A stretch of 36,789 nucleotides of DNA, taken from positions 1-36,789 of the IMG/VR virus record IMGVR_UViG_3300046786_000913, one strand, 5' to 3'. The DNA is from a virus (lineage: Duplodnaviria > Caudoviricetes). A program made the position numbers and the translations under genes. This document shows positions 34,677-36,789 of this stretch, piece by piece. Under the pieces are notes generated by a model. The model ran no database searches, had not been told where the DNA came from, and saw nothing but the letters and a program-made list of their open reading frames with translations. Each line of letters begins with the position of its first letter. Position 1 is the first letter of the stretch.

Positions 34677-34958
34677 TTACGCTCCAGGCGTAGTGTTACT
34701 ACCTTTCAGCTTGCTTGTGAATTGGTTGTACGATATGGCAGCTACAACCGCAATTAACAGCGCCGTTCCTAATGTCTGCGCTACACTGACGAACGTAAAT
34801 GTTGGCGCAACCACGACTACCGCTGCAATAACGGATAAAATGCCGTTTACCCATGCAGGGTATTTTGTCGTGAAAGCTACTGGGACGAGCTTCAAAAGCT
34901 CGGTTATCACCAAAACCGCTGCGGCGGCTAAGGCTGTTGCTTGCGTAAAAAGTTCCAT
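34677..34958 (-). CDS. Putative holin (93 aa, 3 hydrophobic segments)
   Basis: ITELLK motif, three TM-like stretches, adjacent to the lysin. Confidence 0.75.
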   Translation of the reverse strand: MELFTQATALAAAAVLVITELLKLVPVAFTTKYPAWVNGILSVIAAVVVVAPTFTFVSVAQTLGTALLIAVVAAISYNQFTSKLKGSNTTPGA

Positions 34959-34959
34959 A

Positions 34960-35757
34960 TTATTTTGACCCTCCTGTGCCTAGCAACTCACGAAGCAAGG
35001 CTTTTAATGTTTCCCACTTACTATTATCACCAACCTGAGCTTTGAGGCTCTCAATCTCTTTCTGTTGGTCGGCAATCGTTTGGTCTTTTTGTGCTACGGC
35101 AGCGGTGAGTGTTACCACTTGCTTTTTTGCGTCTGGGTATCGTGACATCGCTTCAATTCTTTGAGCCCTGAAGTTGCCTCCAGCAAGCCACTGGGCAGAT
35201 AAAAACTCTTCCTCGTCTTTTCCGTCCCAAGCAGAGTGGAATAGAGCATCGTTCTTCCCAGAATGAGTTGACTCAAAATCCCATCCAGCCACTTCTGAGT
35301 GACCAATCCTCAAAAAGTTGGTGCTGTCTTTAGTTATCATATCGTCCTCCTTTATCCATTTATCAAAGTTTATAAATTGCTGACCCTGTGAAAATGGTCG
35401 TGTGTTTTTTGTTGTATAGAGCGCCCGAGCGCCGTTGCTTTCATAGTTGGCTTCACCCTGTAGGTCAATCCAAATATGCCCATAATGTACTCCGCCAATA
35501 TACCCCATATCACGGTTGACTACAATCGTTAGCCAGCCCTTGCCTTCTGTACCGAGCCCCTGACGGATATATGTATCTCCAGCGTTAATGGCATCACCAC
35601 GCGCTGCATACGGATTTGGCACACCAAGAAACTCCATAAGAGCTTTGGTTAAGGTAACGCACTGACCATTCAAATCAGGATAGCCAGGATGAACAACAAT
35701 AGTGCCTACCTTGCTATCGAGGAATGTGCGTATCTCAGCTTTCGTTCTCGCCATCAT
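34960..35757 (-). CDS. CHAP-like endolysin with C-terminal coiled-coil domain (265 aa)
   Basis: NGQCV...YGHIW...ESN (Cys/His/Glu). Confidence 0.8.
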   Translation of the reverse strand: MMARTKAEIRTFLDSKVGTIVVHPGYPDLNGQCVTLTKALMEFLGVPNPYAARGDAINAGDTYIRQGLGTEGKGWLTIVVNRDMGYIGGVHYGHIWIDLQGEANYESNGARALYTTKNTRPFSQGQQFINFDKWIKEDDMITKDSTNFLRIGHSEVAGWDFESTHSGKNDALFHSAWDGKDEEEFLSAQWLAGGNFRAQRIEAMSRYPDAKKQVVTLTAAVAQKDQTIADQQKEIESLKAQVGDNSKWETLKALLRELLGTGGSK

Positions 35758-35836
35758 CTGCCTCCGTCATCACTTCTGACTCTGGCACATAGGCTTTTTG
35801 TGCTTTTTTGCTGATTTCTGGATTCTCGTCATCCAT
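35735..35836 (-). CDS. 33-aa acidic peptide (MDDENPEISK...ENES) overlapping the lysin start
   Basis: RBS aagga; first ORF after promoter 35867-35875. Confidence 0.5.
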   Translation of the reverse strand: MDDENPEISKKAQKAYVPESEVMTEADDGENES

Positions 35837-35866
35837 AAATACTTTCCTTGTTTACGTTACACTCTG

Positions 35867-35875
35867 ATTATAGCA
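35867..35875 (-). promoter_or_regulatory. Extended -10 promoter TGCTATAAT for the lysis cassette
   Basis: Consensus TGn-TATAAT immediately after the upstream stop codon. Confidence 0.65.
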
Positions 35876-36208
35876 CTAAGCTGAGTTCACGATTTGGCTA
35901 ATAAGGAAACCTATCAAACCACCAAGAGTAGTACAGGCTGTTGCCACTACTACCATCTGTGCTTTTATGCCAGATACGCGGCTCTTTAAGCTATCGACTA
36001 CGCCGTTCAATTTGACGATATCTTTGTTCAACTCAACAATTTGACCAGCGTACAAGCCGTTCTGCTTATCTATAGAACTAGTGAGTCTATTAGTTTGCAC
36101 TTCCAACTCCTGTCTAAACTCTTTAGACAAGCGCTTCTCTTGTTCTAAAAGAGAGTTATCAATGAGTAGTTTAATTTCATCTTTAGTAGGGTTCACTTCA
36201 ATATCCAT
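35876..36208 (-). CDS. Coiled-coil protein with C-terminal transmembrane helix (lysis-associated, 110 aa)
   Basis: Heptad-rich body and hydrophobic C-terminus; next to the lysin. Confidence 0.65.
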   Translation of the reverse strand: MDIEVNPTKDEIKLLIDNSLLEQEKRLSKEFRQELEVQTNRLTSSIDKQNGLYAGQIVELNKDIVKLNGVVDSLKSRVSGIKAQMVVVATACTTLGGLIGFLISQIVNSA

Positions 36209-36226
36209 CTTAAAAAACTTGTCATC

Positions 36227-36662
36227 TTAGTATTTTATTATCTTGTTTAGTATTATTGTTGGCTGCACGTTATTGTGAGCAGCACCACCACCAGCGTTAC
36301 CTGATGTAGTAGCGCCGTTACCAATACTAACAGCAGCACCAGCAGCACCCGATTGGGTGAAGGCAACAACTGAGTGGTTGTGAACTGGCATCTCGTTAGT
36401 AATCAGGGTATGGGTCTCAGCACCACCAGCAGCACCAAATGTGTCGCCGTTCACGCTACCAGATGTGCCAGTCAATCGGTTAGCGCTTGAGCCACCCATA
36501 TCATCTTGACCAGCAACTACACGACCACGAAGGTCAGGAACAACGAAGTTACTGTTGTCTGAGCCACCAAAAGTATTGCCAATGACATCAAATAGGTCTT
36601 GGTACTCAGGGCTTGAGTCAGCGTTCAGCGCTTGACCATAACAAAGCAACCAGCCTGTAGGT
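36227..36662 (-). CDS. 3' part (tail-collar domain) of the junction-spanning 303-aa virion protein starting at 476
   Basis: FAGTAAPTGWLLCYGQ...LFDVIGNTFGG...FVVPDLRGRV...HNH...HNNVQPTIILNKIIK. Confidence 0.9.
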
Positions 36663-36789
36663 GCAGCTGTACCAGCGAAATCCAATACAGAACCAACTGG
36701 AGTGATGTTCGCTAGTGTTTCTTGAGGAGAGTCTATTGGTGCATTGGCTTTCAGTGTGCCATCAGGATTGAGGGTTATAAACAGACCAT

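Noticed and set aside
36663-36789. Biological direct terminal repeat
   Set aside because: It is exactly 127 bp and lies mid-gene, so an assembler k-mer overlap of a circular or permuted genome is the better explanation.

Overview
The window is an apparently complete, circularly assembled dsDNA phage genome of 36,662 bp. Positions 1-127 are identical to 36663-36789, and one tail-collar gene runs across that junction. Two arms diverge from an AT-rich non-coding control region at about 20.9-21.9 kb and converge at a bidirectional terminator at about 34.64 kb. The minus arm carries an SF3/D5-type helicase, the small and large terminase, scaffold, major capsid protein, a 1552-aa internal/ejection protein, portal, adaptor, collagen-containing tail fibre, nozzle/stabilisation protein, a second ejection protein, a tail-collar protein and a CHAP-lysin/holin cassette. 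This set is podovirus-like, with no tape-measure protein. The plus arm carries small early genes, an SF2 helicase, a C5-MTase-like protein, a YqaJ exonuclease, a Sak4-like AAA ATPase, an SSB-like protein, VRR-NUC, HNH, a DEDD exonuclease, a Prim-Pol, and a Stealth-like protein followed by two beta-propeller glyco-enzymes. I saw no integrase, repressor, DNA polymerase, tRNA or CRISPR array. A KGG-type protein and pervasive extended -10 promoters suggest a Saccharibacteria/CPR host (inference only). The most striking unexplained layer is RNA. A covarying GCAAAG-loop hairpin sits exactly at the predicted +1 of all three early promoters, with a fourth copy inside a switch-like 410-nt leader. A pseudoknotted intergenic RNA covers a ribosome-binding site, and there are stand-alone sRNA cassettes. 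All product calls come from motif recognition by eye; no database search was run.
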